Shown one piece after another: positions 9,986 through 20,818 of a stretch of 53,608 nt of DNA (the stretch's first letter is position 1; every line of letters starts with the position of its first letter). The notes beneath the pieces are model-generated. The model did no database searches. It saw only the letters and a list, made by a program, of their open reading frames with translations, and was not told where the DNA came from. Origin of the DNA: a virus (Duplodnaviria; Caudoviricetes); the IMG/VR virus record IMGVR_UViG_3300032093_000184, positions 1 through 53,608 of that record, one strand, 5' to 3'. Position numbers and translations under genes: made by a program.

Positions 9986-12900
9986 ATGGCTAAAGCCGGG
10001 TTGAGTTTCAGCAGCCCCTTGTATGGGGGCACAGATACTGACGTATCACGGTTTGCCACCGCAGAATATATGGGGAATCCTGCTGCAAGCTCTGGGCTTA
10101 ACGGCATCGGGGGGACTTCGCTTGCTAGTATGGCAGCGCTGACTGAGCAGATTGTGAAGTCAAGCCAGTTCGAGATGCCGACGTTGAAGAATCCTCCGGC
10201 CATTGCGTTCAGCCCATCACAGAAGAAGTTGTTTGTACAAGGCCAAGAGTTTGCGGCTGATGACGCTACTCGTGCGCTTCAGTCTGAATCTTTGCTACGC
10301 GGCCCTTCTACTGCAATGCCGCAAGGCGGCGACTGGGTTCCGCTGGATGAGGCCGCGTATTCTCAGTACCTTGACTCGATTAAAAATCCCAGCATGGGTC
10401 GCCTTGCCAAGAAGAACTTTGGCATTGGTGTTGACAACATGCAGTTGCTTGCTGGTCGGGCACTACAACTGGGTGGCGCTGAACAACTTGGCGGGTCTAT
10501 TGTCGAACAGCAACAGGAAGATTTAGGGAAAACCCTACCATTCCAACGCGAGTTCACGGACATTGGCTCTAAGCCATACGGTCAAAGCCGTGGTGTTCTT
10601 GACTGGTTTGTAGCCAACCTTGCGCAGCAAGGGCCGAACTTGGTGGAGTCCGTAGTGACTGCCGCCGCAGGCTTTGCCGCTGGTACTGCTACTGCTGGCC
10701 CTCTTGCCAGTGTCCCCGGTGCGCTTGCAGCCTTGGCTGGTAAAGCAGAAGCCAAGCAAGCCATTCTTGCTGCGGCAAAAAAATATGCAGCAGGTCAAGC
10801 AACCAAAGAAGAACTCAAAATCCTAAGTAACGCCGCTGGTGTTTTAGGTGCAGCGACTACTTCACTGGCACAGAACTACGCAACTGGCGCTGCTGACATC
10901 TATGGTGAGCAACGTGACCAAGGGGTTGGCGCAGAGGATATGCGTGCCCGTGTCAATGCGTTGATGGGTGCTTTCCCTTATGCAGCGTTGGAGTCCTTAC
11001 CTGAATTTATGCTTGCCAGCCGAGTGCTTGGTGGCGGTAAAGGTATTGGCTCAAGCTGGGGCATGGCTCCCGGCGCTACACGCTTGCAACGTGGTGCTGG
11101 CTATGCTGGTCGTGCAGCAGTCGGCGGTGTTGCTGGCGGTACGTTAGAAGGACTTACTGAGACTGGTCAGGAAGGGTTGCTCCTTGGCATATCAGAACAA
11201 GACTTCTCTAACCCTGAGAATATAAACCGCTTGATTAACTCCTTTGCCGCTGGCTTCGGAGTGGGTGGCCCGATTGGTGCTATCGCCAATTTGAAAGGTA
11301 CAGCACCTGCCAACATCCTTACTGGGGAAAGTACTGATCCCACTGGTAAAGCTACAGGCACTGGTCTTGCTCCATACAATCCACCTCCTGCACCCCCCGG
11401 TCGTCCGTTCACTGATGTGCAGTTCATGGGGGCTATTCCTCCTGAACCTCCTGCACTTGGTGGCCCAAGCCCAACTACGCCACAACTTCCCGGCCCTACT
11501 CCTCCTGTATCCCCAATGGGTGGGCCAGTCATTATGGCTGGCATGGGGCCAAACGCTGCGGATGTCACGCGGCAAGATGTTCTGTTGCGTCAGCAGGGTA
11601 ACGTCCCGCCCGGTGCAACACCCGGCTCACAAGGCGTGCTGGATATTTTCGGTGGAACTATTCCTGCTCAGGAGTTGGCTGCACGTATGCAGCCACAGCA
11701 ACCACTCCCCGGCTTGCCTGCGCCGTCTGCTCCCCCCGTGGTCGATCCTCGTCAGGGTGCATTGCAGTTCGGTGGCCCAGCCCCTCAAGCTCCTGCTAAC
11801 CCAATCTTGGCGCAGCGGATGCAGGCGGCTCTTGCGTCACAACAACGTGCACAAGAATTCCAAGCTGCGCAAGCACAGCGGGCCGCCCAAGAGGAGGCAA
11901 TCAAACAGCAACAACTTGATAGATTACAGAACGAGGCTCGAATCCAGCAGCAGTTGGACTTGATGACGCAATCTCAGCAGCCTGCTCCGCAGTCAATGCC
12001 GATGCGTCCGATCCCTGTTTCTCAACCACAACAACTCCCACTGTTCAAACGTGGTGAGTTACCCCGTCCTTCACGGGCTGAGGGATTGCGTCGTGGCGTA
12101 GGTATGCAGACACCTGCGACACAGACGTTGACTATCCCTCCCACCGCTGGTGAATTCCAGCGTGCTGGACAAGGCATCCTGTTTAATCAACAGGGTCAGC
12201 CATCTATGCAGGCACTTAAGAGTGCAGGCAAGAAACAACCACTGCCCAAGCCAACGGTGGCAAAAGGCGTTACTCAGGCAAAACCTACGGGTAAACCCGT
12301 AACTGCCGTCACCGTGGCAAAGGCCGCGTCCAATCTGAAAAAGGGAGCACCCGATGCCACTCAAAAAGGGAAGCAGCAACAAGGTAGTGTCAGCCAACGT
12401 AAGCAAGATAATGCGGGAGTACAAGGCGGGGGGCAAGCTGGGAACCAGCCCACGACCCAAGTCCAAGGCGGCGGCACTCAAGCAGGCGGTGGCGGCAAGT
12501 CTCTCCAGCGCGGGTCGCAGCAAACCCAAAAAGTAACACCCGCAACAACAGCCCTTAAGAAAGGGTCTGAACCAAAAAAAGTCGAGGCGGCAAAACCCGC
12601 CGCCAAACCAAAGGTTGAGAAGCTGAGTCCTGCCGAGGCATGGGAGGACAGGAAACCAGAGGGCGGCGTAGCGTACAGCACGCTTTCAGATGCGCAGAAG
12701 AGACGCTGGGCAACTGAGAATTACTACGACCGTGCCACCATGTCGTTGGCTGATGAGATTAATGCTCAGGCTATACCGCTACCTGCTGAAGAAGAACTGG
12801 CAGACTTGTCTTACATGGAATTGTTGGATGAGGATATTGCTACGGCTGAGTCCACCACAGATGCAAGTGCGTTCCGTGATGCGATTGAGAACATCATGTT

Positions 12901-15900
12901 CCATGCCTACTTTGATACTGACTCCAACAATGAGAAAGCTGGTGTCATTGATAAGGCGCAGATGTTCTTGCTTGAGACTGGCTTTACCGAAGATCAGCGT
13001 GGCATCATGGACACCGCATTGCTGGATGTCGTCAATGACCGACTGGAAGTCGGGGCTGCTTACACCCGTGGTAATCTAAAGGGCACACTAAAGCCTTGGT
13101 TTACCTATGCGCAGATGCGCAACTTGCTCCCAAGCATTGGATCAAAGCTCATTGGGTTGTCCGACACGCAAGTGGCTGAGTTGTTGCAAGCTCGCCAGAT
13201 CAGTGAGCAAAACGTACCTGTATCTGTTTACAAGAAGTACAAGACCTCGCTGCCTGCTGGTGAGTCAGTTGTCAATACCAAGAAGGTCACCTCACTCAAC
13301 CGCATTGTTGACCAGTCTGGTGCAAAACTGGCAAACTTCATCCGCGATTTAGTAACCCGCGTTAGGGAAATCCCTACGCTGACCAAGGAAGTGGTGTTTG
13401 GTTCTGAGCGTTTTGCCAACATCAAAGCACTGACCAAGCAGTTGTACAGTGAACTCGATGAAGCTGGCCGCAACTACATGCTGCCTGATGGAAGCAAAGT
13501 CAAAGACTACTTCAACGACAAGGGTGAGGCAAAGCTCATCAAGTCTGATGGTCGCTACATCCTAAGCCAAGTTGAACTTACTGAAGAACAGCAACGTGCC
13601 CGTGAAGAAGAACGCCGTGCTGAGTTGCGTGCATTAGGTGAAGCAGCCGCAGCAGAGTCAAAGGCAGAGCAAGATATTATCAACGCCCGTAAGCGTGGTG
13701 CACGTGGTAGCGAAACTGTGCAGGATTGGGATAAACCCGAAGGTAACTTCTACCGTGATGATGGCACGCCAATGGGTTCTGCTATCCCACTTGGTCGTGT
13801 GAAGTTGTTGGTCAAAGGTTTCTTGGCAAAGCTCAAGGTCAAACCTACTGTCCATGTGTACGCCAATGTTGCTGACTTGCAGGCTCGCAATCCTGAGTTG
13901 TATCAGCGTGCCGCTGCTGCTCGTAAGCAAGGTGACTTCGACACAACCAATGCCGTGGGTTACTCCTTCGGCCCTGAAGTCATCATCTTCTCCGACTTTG
14001 TTCGTACTGAACAACAGTTGAAATTTGTACTGGCTCACGAAACCATTGGTCACTTTGGTTTCAAAGGTGTGATGGGTCAGTCTGAATTGAACAAGGTACT
14101 GAATCGTATATATCAAACTGACCCTGATGTGCAGGCCGCAGTTGACGCAATGGTCGAAACCCAAGGAATGGATAGGCTGGAAGCCATAGAGGAATATCTG
14201 GCTGACAACGCTGCTGACCTAGATGTATCAATCATCGCAAGGTTGTGGAACGCCTTGAAGAACGCCCTGAACAAACTTGGCTTTAGCTTCAAAGACGACG
14301 AAGCTCGCCAGCTTGTGAACCTTGCACGCCGCTATGTGCGTGAAGGCAGCACGGGCAACTTCTTCAGCGCCTCATCCTTTGTGGGCCACATGGAGGACAT
14401 GGAACAAACAGTAGCAGACGGTAAATACGCACGTAATTTTGCTGGCAACATCGGCTCACGAGGCATGGCAATGAACGCCTTGAATCGTAGGCACGGCCCC
14501 GGTGCTGGTATGTTTGGGTCGATGGACGCCTTCCAGAAAGGGCTGTTCGGCAAGACAGGAGATGTTGGTGTAAACGTAGGCAAGATACTTGAGAAGGTAC
14601 AGACCCTCGACAACATGGCTCGCAAGAGCTATGGCCTCAATCAGATATTCCGTATCTTTGAACAACGAAGTCAGAAGGCTCGCGCTCTACTCTCCAAGTA
14701 CTCACGCTACATGGCGTTCACCCACACACCACGTGTGTTTGGATTCGGTGGCGGCGTGTCTGAGGAGGAGAAACAACAAGCTGGGGAACTTGCTGCATAC
14801 GCTGCGCTGTTCAAGTCACGCCAGTTGACTGATGAGTTGATGGAGTCATACGGCTCCATGATTACTAAAGACGCAATGGGTAATGTCACTGTTGACCCAC
14901 GTGTGCGCCAGTTGTTAGAGAAGGCAGGCACTGTGACTGCGGAAGAATTCCGCAAGGGTTTTGATGTAGAACTCGGCACTGGTGAAAGAATCAAGTACCA
15001 GTTCAATGTTGATGAGAACAGCCCAGTGTGGCGTGTCTACACTGAGATGCGTGAGACAGTAAACGACGCAGCAGTAGATTTGCTGCTATCAAACTATGAA
15101 GCATCTCAAGCAGAACAGCAACGGGTGTTCAATGAACTCGCTGGTATGAAAGGACTCAAGGCTGAGTTCTCTGCACAAGACCTTGCTGCTATCCGCAAAG
15201 TAATTGAGATGTATCAGAACATCCGCTATGGTGGTAGCCGCATTGCAAACGCTTCCGTCGAAGTACAAAAGGGTGCAGACCAGCGCTCTGAGAAATTCAT
15301 CTACAACTTTGGTCGTGCGCTATTCAATGACGATGTGTTTGACGCATGGATGAAGAACCCACGTATCTCTGGTGAGATGCTCAAAGATTTTGAAGAGTTT
15401 CAGAAGGCTGAGTACGACGATATTCGCGCCGCTATCCCCGCAATTCGTGACAAGATTCGTAACAAAGAGCAAGCCTTTGCAATTCAGAAGGCTGTGCAAG
15501 ACATCTTCTTGTTTGATTTGCAGACACGCAACGCGGAATTCTACGCAAAGCGCACCATCCTTGGCTCATACGTTCCGTTCAGCCGCCGTGGTGAGTACCA
15601 AGCTAGGGTGGCAGCGTTCGATGCTCAAGGTAACCCAGTGCGTTTGGATGAGAACATCCGTGACGCCATGCCCTACTTCCAGTTTGAGACTGAGAGTGAA
15701 GCAACCGCTGCACGCGAGGCATTGGAGAATGAGTTCGGCAATGGGCAAGAGTGGATTCTTAAAGATGAGTACGGCGCAGAGATCAAAGTAACTCTGCGTG
15801 CAGAATCTTCAGAAGCCGCAGTCAGCCCATCTTTAACTGAAGCCGTGAACTTCAATGAGTTCATCTATGTGCTGAACCGCTTGAACGTAAACATCACACC

Positions 15901-17965
15901 AACCGCACGTGAACGTATTGTCAAGACACTGACGAATCAAAACGACCGTGCTCGTAAGAACTTACAACGTAGTGGTAATCCCGGATGGGACAGCGACATC
16001 GTGCGTTCTGTGTCTGAGCATCTAGAGATGGTGGCTCACGTTGCCGCCAAGAAAATCTACCGCCACCGTCTTGATGACATCATGCTCAACAATTCGTCAT
16101 GGCTTGGTGACCCACAGAAGCTCAAGGATTTGCAGGCTGCGATTGATACAGCAACTACTGACGGGCAGCGTGTTAGAGCGCAACGTGCGTACGATGAGTA
16201 TGCGTTCATGTACAAGTACATGGCTCCTAAAGCTGCTGGCGTTACGGTCAATGGTGAACCTACACTGGGACAAGGTGAGCGCTATCGTGAAGAAGCCAAG
16301 AAACTTATTCGCTGGTACAACGACTCATCCAATATTAACGACAGCACCGAAGATATGTTGTCGGGGGAAGCTGGCTCGTTCCTAAAACTAATCACAGTGT
16401 TGATGCAGTTGGGTGGTTCAGTTGCATCCGCAGCCGTGAACTTTGTATCTCTGCTTACCCACAGTACACCATACCTGTCCTACTACAACGCCAAGCGTGG
16501 TTATGGCGGCGGTTACGGTGAGGCCAAAGCCGTGACCTCCCTCTACCGTGCGGCCCTTGATGCAGGCAGTTACAAGCTGGAGGACGCTGGGTTCTTGAAT
16601 GACTTGCTGGTCAATGGTGGGTACGACAAGTATGGACTGACAGAGGATGAGACTAAGTTCTTGTTTGATGCCACTGAGCAGGGCACATTGCAGGCGGCTC
16701 AGTTCAACGCACTGGTGGGTACAGCACGTGGCAAGGTGTTTAACAATAAAGCACAAGCAGGTATTAAGGCATGGATGGCTATGTTCTCCTATACAGAGCA
16801 GGCCAACCGCCGAATCACTGCACTGGCAGCGTACCGCCTTGAGAAAGAACGTGCACTGTCACAAGGGTTGAGCGAAGAACAAGCAATCGCTGAGGCTACT
16901 GAGGCAGCACGGATTGCGGTCAACACATCGCAAGGTGAGTACGCCATGTTCAACCGACCAGAGATGGCACGTGGCAACGTAGCTCAATACATATTCATGT
17001 ACAAGCAGTTCGTAATCATCACCGTCCAACTGCTGCGTAACATGCCAGTTCGTGGGCAGTTGTTGATGCTTGGCTTACTGTTGATGATGAGTGGTCTGAA
17101 GGGCATACCATTTGCTGACGACCTCGCTGACATTGTTGACACAATCGCGCAGATGCTCGGCCTCAAAGTGGCAAGCATCGAGAAAGCTACTGCTGAATGG
17201 GTTGATAGTGTGGCCCCGGGAATGTCGCCGTATGTCATGCGTGGTTTGATTGACCGTGCAGTCGGTGCGACTGTATCTACCCGCTTGGGTATGGGCGATC
17301 TAGTTCCGTTGACTGGTGCTCTTAAAGCTGGCGCAGACCCTGCACGTGAGATCGGTGACTTTGCTGGCCCAGTGTTCAGCGGTATCAGTGGGCTGGTATC
17401 AATGGCAGGTGGTTTGGCTAAGTATGGTGCTGAGGTAACGGGCCTGCGTGATGACACTACATCCCTCAACACATTGATGCGAGAGTCCCCAATAGCTGCG
17501 CTGCGGTCTGTCGGAGACAGTTTTGCGTACCTGTCAAGTGGTGACATCACGAACGTACGTGGTCAGATGGTTGCCAAGGATGCACAAGCGCACGTAATTC
17601 TTGCTCGACTACTCGGCTTCTACCCAGCGATAGCCACTCAGCAGAACGATATTGTTCGTATGTCCAAGCAAGTCAATGAATACGGCAAGGCGGTCAAAGC
17701 AGAATATGTTGCTGCGTATGTGAAGGCTCGGGCTGCCGGTGACCAAGAGGCAGCAGATAATATTGCATCCGCAGTAAGCCAGTGGAATGAGGATTCCAAG
17801 GGTACAGGTTTGGAAGTGACTAAGTTCTTGCAGTCTGCCAATCGTGCATATCGTGAGGCTCAGCGTCCAACTGCGTTGCGCTACATGAAGTCAGCGCCAA
17901 GGGCTATGCGTCCTGAGACCATAGAGTTGTTGAGACTCTACGGACTAGACGATGAGATCATGTAA
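9986..17965 (+). CDS. Giant internal virion / polyvalent protein with a zincin-like metallopeptidase domain
   Basis: 2659 aa; LAHETIGHFG (HExxGH) at 14036-14053 with downstream EEYLA; C-terminal helical region (E..NR..LAAYRL, NRP, FMYKQF) typical of large podophage ejection proteins. Confidence 0.8.
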   Translation: MAKAGLSFSSPLYGGTDTDVSRFATAEYMGNPAASSGLNGIGGTSLASMAALTEQIVKSSQFEMPTLKNPPAIAFSPSQKKLFVQGQEFAADDATRALQSESLLRGPSTAMPQGGDWVPLDEAAYSQYLDSIKNPSMGRLAKKNFGIGVDNMQLLAGRALQLGGAEQLGGSIVEQQQEDLGKTLPFQREFTDIGSKPYGQSRGVLDWFVANLAQQGPNLVESVVTAAAGFAAGTATAGPLASVPGALAALAGKAEAKQAILAAAKKYAAGQATKEELKILSNAAGVLGAATTSLAQNYATGAADIYGEQRDQGVGAEDMRARVNALMGAFPYAALESLPEFMLASRVLGGGKGIGSSWGMAPGATRLQRGAGYAGRAAVGGVAGGTLEGLTETGQEGLLLGISEQDFSNPENINRLINSFAAGFGVGGPIGAIANLKGTAPANILTGESTDPTGKATGTGLAPYNPPPAPPGRPFTDVQFMGAIPPEPPALGGPSPTTPQLPGPTPPVSPMGGPVIMAGMGPNAADVTRQDVLLRQQGNVPPGATPGSQGVLDIFGGTIPAQELAARMQPQQPLPGLPAPSAPPVVDPRQGALQFGGPAPQAPANPILAQRMQAALASQQRAQEFQAAQAQRAAQEEAIKQQQLDRLQNEARIQQQLDLMTQSQQPAPQSMPMRPIPVSQPQQLPLFKRGELPRPSRAEGLRRGVGMQTPATQTLTIPPTAGEFQRAGQGILFNQQGQPSMQALKSAGKKQPLPKPTVAKGVTQAKPTGKPVTAVTVAKAASNLKKGAPDATQKGKQQQGSVSQRKQDNAGVQGGGQAGNQPTTQVQGGGTQAGGGGKSLQRGSQQTQKVTPATTALKKGSEPKKVEAAKPAAKPKVEKLSPAEAWEDRKPEGGVAYSTLSDAQKRRWATENYYDRATMSLADEINAQAIPLPAEEELADLSYMELLDEDIATAESTTDASAFRDAIENIMFHAYFDTDSNNEKAGVIDKAQMFLLETGFTEDQRGIMDTALLDVVNDRLEVGAAYTRGNLKGTLKPWFTYAQMRNLLPSIGSKLIGLSDTQVAELLQARQISEQNVPVSVYKKYKTSLPAGESVVNTKKVTSLNRIVDQSGAKLANFIRDLVTRVREIPTLTKEVVFGSERFANIKALTKQLYSELDEAGRNYMLPDGSKVKDYFNDKGEAKLIKSDGRYILSQVELTEEQQRAREEERRAELRALGEAAAAESKAEQDIINARKRGARGSETVQDWDKPEGNFYRDDGTPMGSAIPLGRVKLLVKGFLAKLKVKPTVHVYANVADLQARNPELYQRAAAARKQGDFDTTNAVGYSFGPEVIIFSDFVRTEQQLKFVLAHETIGHFGFKGVMGQSELNKVLNRIYQTDPDVQAAVDAMVETQGMDRLEAIEEYLADNAADLDVSIIARLWNALKNALNKLGFSFKDDEARQLVNLARRYVREGSTGNFFSASSFVGHMEDMEQTVADGKYARNFAGNIGSRGMAMNALNRRHGPGAGMFGSMDAFQKGLFGKTGDVGVNVGKILEKVQTLDNMARKSYGLNQIFRIFEQRSQKARALLSKYSRYMAFTHTPRVFGFGGGVSEEEKQQAGELAAYAALFKSRQLTDELMESYGSMITKDAMGNVTVDPRVRQLLEKAGTVTAEEFRKGFDVELGTGERIKYQFNVDENSPVWRVYTEMRETVNDAAVDLLLSNYEASQAEQQRVFNELAGMKGLKAEFSAQDLAAIRKVIEMYQNIRYGGSRIANASVEVQKGADQRSEKFIYNFGRALFNDDVFDAWMKNPRISGEMLKDFEEFQKAEYDDIRAAIPAIRDKIRNKEQAFAIQKAVQDIFLFDLQTRNAEFYAKRTILGSYVPFSRRGEYQARVAAFDAQGNPVRLDENIRDAMPYFQFETESEATAAREALENEFGNGQEWILKDEYGAEIKVTLRAESSEAAVSPSLTEAVNFNEFIYVLNRLNVNITPTARERIVKTLTNQNDRARKNLQRSGNPGWDSDIVRSVSEHLEMVAHVAAKKIYRHRLDDIMLNNSSWLGDPQKLKDLQAAIDTATTDGQRVRAQRAYDEYAFMYKYMAPKAAGVTVNGEPTLGQGERYREEAKKLIRWYNDSSNINDSTEDMLSGEAGSFLKLITVLMQLGGSVASAAVNFVSLLTHSTPYLSYYNAKRGYGGGYGEAKAVTSLYRAALDAGSYKLEDAGFLNDLLVNGGYDKYGLTEDETKFLFDATEQGTLQAAQFNALVGTARGKVFNNKAQAGIKAWMAMFSYTEQANRRITALAAYRLEKERALSQGLSEEQAIAEATEAARIAVNTSQGEYAMFNRPEMARGNVAQYIFMYKQFVIITVQLLRNMPVRGQLLMLGLLLMMSGLKGIPFADDLADIVDTIAQMLGLKVASIEKATAEWVDSVAPGMSPYVMRGLIDRAVGATVSTRLGMGDLVPLTGALKAGADPAREIGDFAGPVFSGISGLVSMAGGLAKYGAEVTGLRDDTTSLNTLMRESPIAALRSVGDSFAYLSSGDITNVRGQMVAKDAQAHVILARLLGFYPAIATQQNDIVRMSKQVNEYGKAVKAEYVAAYVKARAAGDQEAADNIASAVSQWNEDSKGTGLEVTKFLQSANRAYREAQRPTALRYMKSAPRAMRPETIELLRLYGLDDEIM
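12354..12536 (+). CDS. Small basic protein nested in the +1 frame of the giant ORF (DUF6496-like)
   Basis: SD AAGGGAG at 12341-12347, 6 nt before ATG; MPLKKGSS..VSANV..MREYKAG..KQAVAASLS.AG resembles a common stand-alone phage family. Confidence 0.75.
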   Translation: MPLKKGSSNKVVSANVSKIMREYKAGGKLGTSPRPKSKAAALKQAVAASLSSAGRSKPKK

Positions 17966-20806
17966 TCAGACTGCTCTCATTTGACCGAAAGTTAGATCAG
18001 CGGCAATCTCGTCTGCATCACTCAAGATTCCTACAAGTTTGGGGTGATTCAGATTGAGGCCAAGGACATATGCCTGACCCAGTTTGATGGGGGTGTCCTT
18101 ACCAAGAAACGCTTTCTCTGATTTGGGTGTAGCAACCACGTTCTCAAACTGCATTTGTTGCATGAACGATTTGTAGTCGCCGCCGTTCTGTGCCAACCAT
18201 CTGCGGAAGTGGGTGCGGTCAACAAGCACAACACCTTTATCAAACTTGTCTGCCGCAGTACGTCTATATGTGTCGAACCGAACACGGATGTCAGCACGTG
18301 GCATCCTTGAGTAATCCACAATACCTTTGTCTGTGCCTGTGTGCATCACAGTAACAGCGGCTCCAGCACTGTCGTTTAGATAGTTGGAGAATAGATCGAA
18401 CGCATCCATCTTGTTCTCGACCACACTACGTCTGATTGCACCCAGTTGTTTCAAGACCCACTCAGTACCAAGGGTGTAGTCGTACTTGATAATTCCCCAT
18501 TCAACACATAAGCGTGAGGCTAAGTCTGAGAGGATGATGGCTTGTTCCCAGTAGCGTTCCTGTCCTACAAAGTTGGCTTTGTACTTCTTGTGGAAGTCAG
18601 CCGTGGCATGGTCAATCGCGGCGCGTACCCCATCGGCTCCAAGTTCCAACAACTTCTTTACGAATAAGCGTCCTGCGTGTCCGTAGTTGGTGTGGATAAA
18701 CTGGTGAATCTTGCGACCGCCTGTACTGTCTCTTGTAAATAGTTCGTGCAGTGGTATATCAATCTCAAGAAGCCGTGCCATTTGTGCGTCAGTCTCAAGC
18801 CCAGATGCAACCAGCTTAGATTGCAGAGACTTATTGGTGGATACAAGCACAGGCATTGCCCATGTCTTTGCGTCACGTTCTTCGGCGTTGCGGTTCAGTC
18901 GTGCCTTGTCTCTACCTTGGGACACCCAGTATGCAAAGTCACCAACCTCTTTGTCTACCATCAAGGTAACTTCGTCAATGGTCATCGGCATGTGGGCATA
19001 GATACCCATACGTCCAAACAAAGTGTTCTGTGTGAACTTGGCGGCAAAGTGTAGTTTGTCAGGGTCACCATAAATTGATTGCACCCACATCTGTATCAAT
19101 GATTTGCCTCCACCTGATGGGCCAAACAATGAGACAGTCAAACCCTTAAGGCCAGTGAACGCATACAGGGGGGCAGATAGTCCGACACCAAGTGCAAACA
19201 TGTGCCAGTGCAATCCTGTTTTCTCAAGCACACTGGTGAAGTCTGCCCACTGTTGAGCGTCCCCCGATACACCATACAACTCGTTGCCAAGTCTTTGAGT
19301 GCCAGCGGACAGGCTGATGTTTTCTTCACTGACTGAACCGTCAGGCTCTCGGCGCAGAAGCGTGTCACCAATCACAAACTGGGAGAAGTTTTCTTTCCAT
19401 CCCATTGTGGCGTACAGATTGGTCATCGCACGTTTCTGCCGCAATTCATCCATGTATGAACGTAGCATAAGTTGGAAGTACTCCGTCTGTCTTTTGTTGT
19501 TGAGGACAATGCCTTGATCGGCAATGGTGGAAGCGAACTCTCTATGTCCGTCTGTGAGATGCGCTTGTCTTAGAGCAAGTTCTTGCCAACCTTTATGCTG
19601 ACGATTCCAGTGGTAGCGCACAGTCTCGTAACCAAGACCTTCATCACGACCATAGCCCACGGGGTAGATGTCGAACGAACATACGTCAATATCTGTCTCG
19701 TCAATGGTCATCTTGATGCCATCAGCGGTGCGCTTAAACCCACGTGGCATGGGTACATCAAACGCCGCCTTGTCCAACGCATCTTGTGGTGGTGCAATCT
19801 GTTGGTACTGCAACCCAAGAGCGGCAGGACTCTTTATCTTGTCCTTAAATTTGCATCCCTTACATCCCCCGGGACGGTTGATGTCCCACGTATCACAACG
19901 TGTTGGCCCATCTGTGTTGTCTTTCCACTGGATCAGCTTTTGCAATGTTCGTTGTGCATCAAACTTTGGGTGGTTCTGACTCCACTCAATAGCCGTAGCC
20001 TCAGGCTCAACACAAAATGCGGCTATTCCCAGTAGGCTATACCACTGGGGTTCTTTGACCTCACCTTGGTTCTCTACTGCCCACTTGACCTGTTGGCATT
20101 TCTTAACGACAACCGCACCAATGGTAGGTGGGAACTCAGTCTTGACTGCCATGTCTTGTAGCAACTTACTGCCAGTTGTATTACGTGGCAGGCTCACCTC
20201 GTGAGCTAGGTGGGAAACAAGGCAAGACTTCAGCAACTCATGGCTCACTGGCTCAGCGTCTACCAGTAACTTAACCTCGTTACCATTCTTAGGATTGTGT
20301 GTCCCAATGGGGCGTAACACCAATGCACTATTGGCAGTTAGCCCTGCGTCAATATGAAACTCATTCGCAATCGCCGCTGACTTCATTGCTTCAGCGATTG
20401 GCTTCCATCTAGCTGGTTCGAGTTCTTCCGTCAGACACCAATAGACATGTAGTCCGTTGCCTGAGAATACGATCATGGGCTTAGGCAAGTTCATTGTTTG
20501 AATGAATGTACCTAGCGCAACAAGTCCTTCCTTCCACGATGGATACGGCTTGTTGTTCCCACAGTCAACGTCCAAGGCGACAACCTTAATCGCTCGGACA
20601 TTATCTTGTTTGCGGCTTCCCTTCTCCTTAAATGCGGAGATGGCGAAGTACGTGTTGTTGCCTGTTTGGTCAAGGCCAGCTACTGCCTTTGCGAGTTCGT
20701 CTACTGTAGAAAAGAATCCTTGCCTATTGCCATCAGGATTGATGACTGTCGTGACATAAAAACCTTCCGACGGTAGAACCCGCTGGAGATGTTCCAACGT
20801 GTTCAT
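17966..20806 (-). CDS. Primase-helicase (N-terminal AEP/RepB-like primase, DUF927 and P-loop helicase)
   Basis: ALDVDC, FSGNGLHVYW, LRPIGTHN; Cys cluster C..GCKGC; Walker A GPSGGGKS; Walker B MTIDE. Confidence 0.85.
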   Translation of the reverse strand: MNTLEHLQRVLPSEGFYVTTVINPDGNRQGFFSTVDELAKAVAGLDQTGNNTYFAISAFKEKGSRKQDNVRAIKVVALDVDCGNNKPYPSWKEGLVALGTFIQTMNLPKPMIVFSGNGLHVYWCLTEELEPARWKPIAEAMKSAAIANEFHIDAGLTANSALVLRPIGTHNPKNGNEVKLLVDAEPVSHELLKSCLVSHLAHEVSLPRNTTGSKLLQDMAVKTEFPPTIGAVVVKKCQQVKWAVENQGEVKEPQWYSLLGIAAFCVEPEATAIEWSQNHPKFDAQRTLQKLIQWKDNTDGPTRCDTWDINRPGGCKGCKFKDKIKSPAALGLQYQQIAPPQDALDKAAFDVPMPRGFKRTADGIKMTIDETDIDVCSFDIYPVGYGRDEGLGYETVRYHWNRQHKGWQELALRQAHLTDGHREFASTIADQGIVLNNKRQTEYFQLMLRSYMDELRQKRAMTNLYATMGWKENFSQFVIGDTLLRREPDGSVSEENISLSAGTQRLGNELYGVSGDAQQWADFTSVLEKTGLHWHMFALGVGLSAPLYAFTGLKGLTVSLFGPSGGGKSLIQMWVQSIYGDPDKLHFAAKFTQNTLFGRMGIYAHMPMTIDEVTLMVDKEVGDFAYWVSQGRDKARLNRNAEERDAKTWAMPVLVSTNKSLQSKLVASGLETDAQMARLLEIDIPLHELFTRDSTGGRKIHQFIHTNYGHAGRLFVKKLLELGADGVRAAIDHATADFHKKYKANFVGQERYWEQAIILSDLASRLCVEWGIIKYDYTLGTEWVLKQLGAIRRSVVENKMDAFDLFSNYLNDSAGAAVTVMHTGTDKGIVDYSRMPRADIRVRFDTYRRTAADKFDKGVVLVDRTHFRRWLAQNGGDYKSFMQQMQFENVVATPKSEKAFLGKDTPIKLGQAYVLGLNLNHPKLVGILSDADEIAADLTFGQMRAV

Positions 20807-20818
20807 GTGCCCCTGTCA

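Noticed and set aside
12335-12370. Programmed frameshift at GAAAAAGGG feeding the nested ORF
   Set aside because: Not a canonical X XXY YYZ heptamer, and a -1 slip would not enter the +1 frame; independent SD-ATG initiation explains the ORF better
11367-13352. Other alternative-frame ORFs inside the giant gene (11367-11963, 12690-13079, 13107-13352)
   Set aside because: Leu/Arg/Ser/Trp-rich off-frame composition with no SD or family resemblance, unlike 12354-12536
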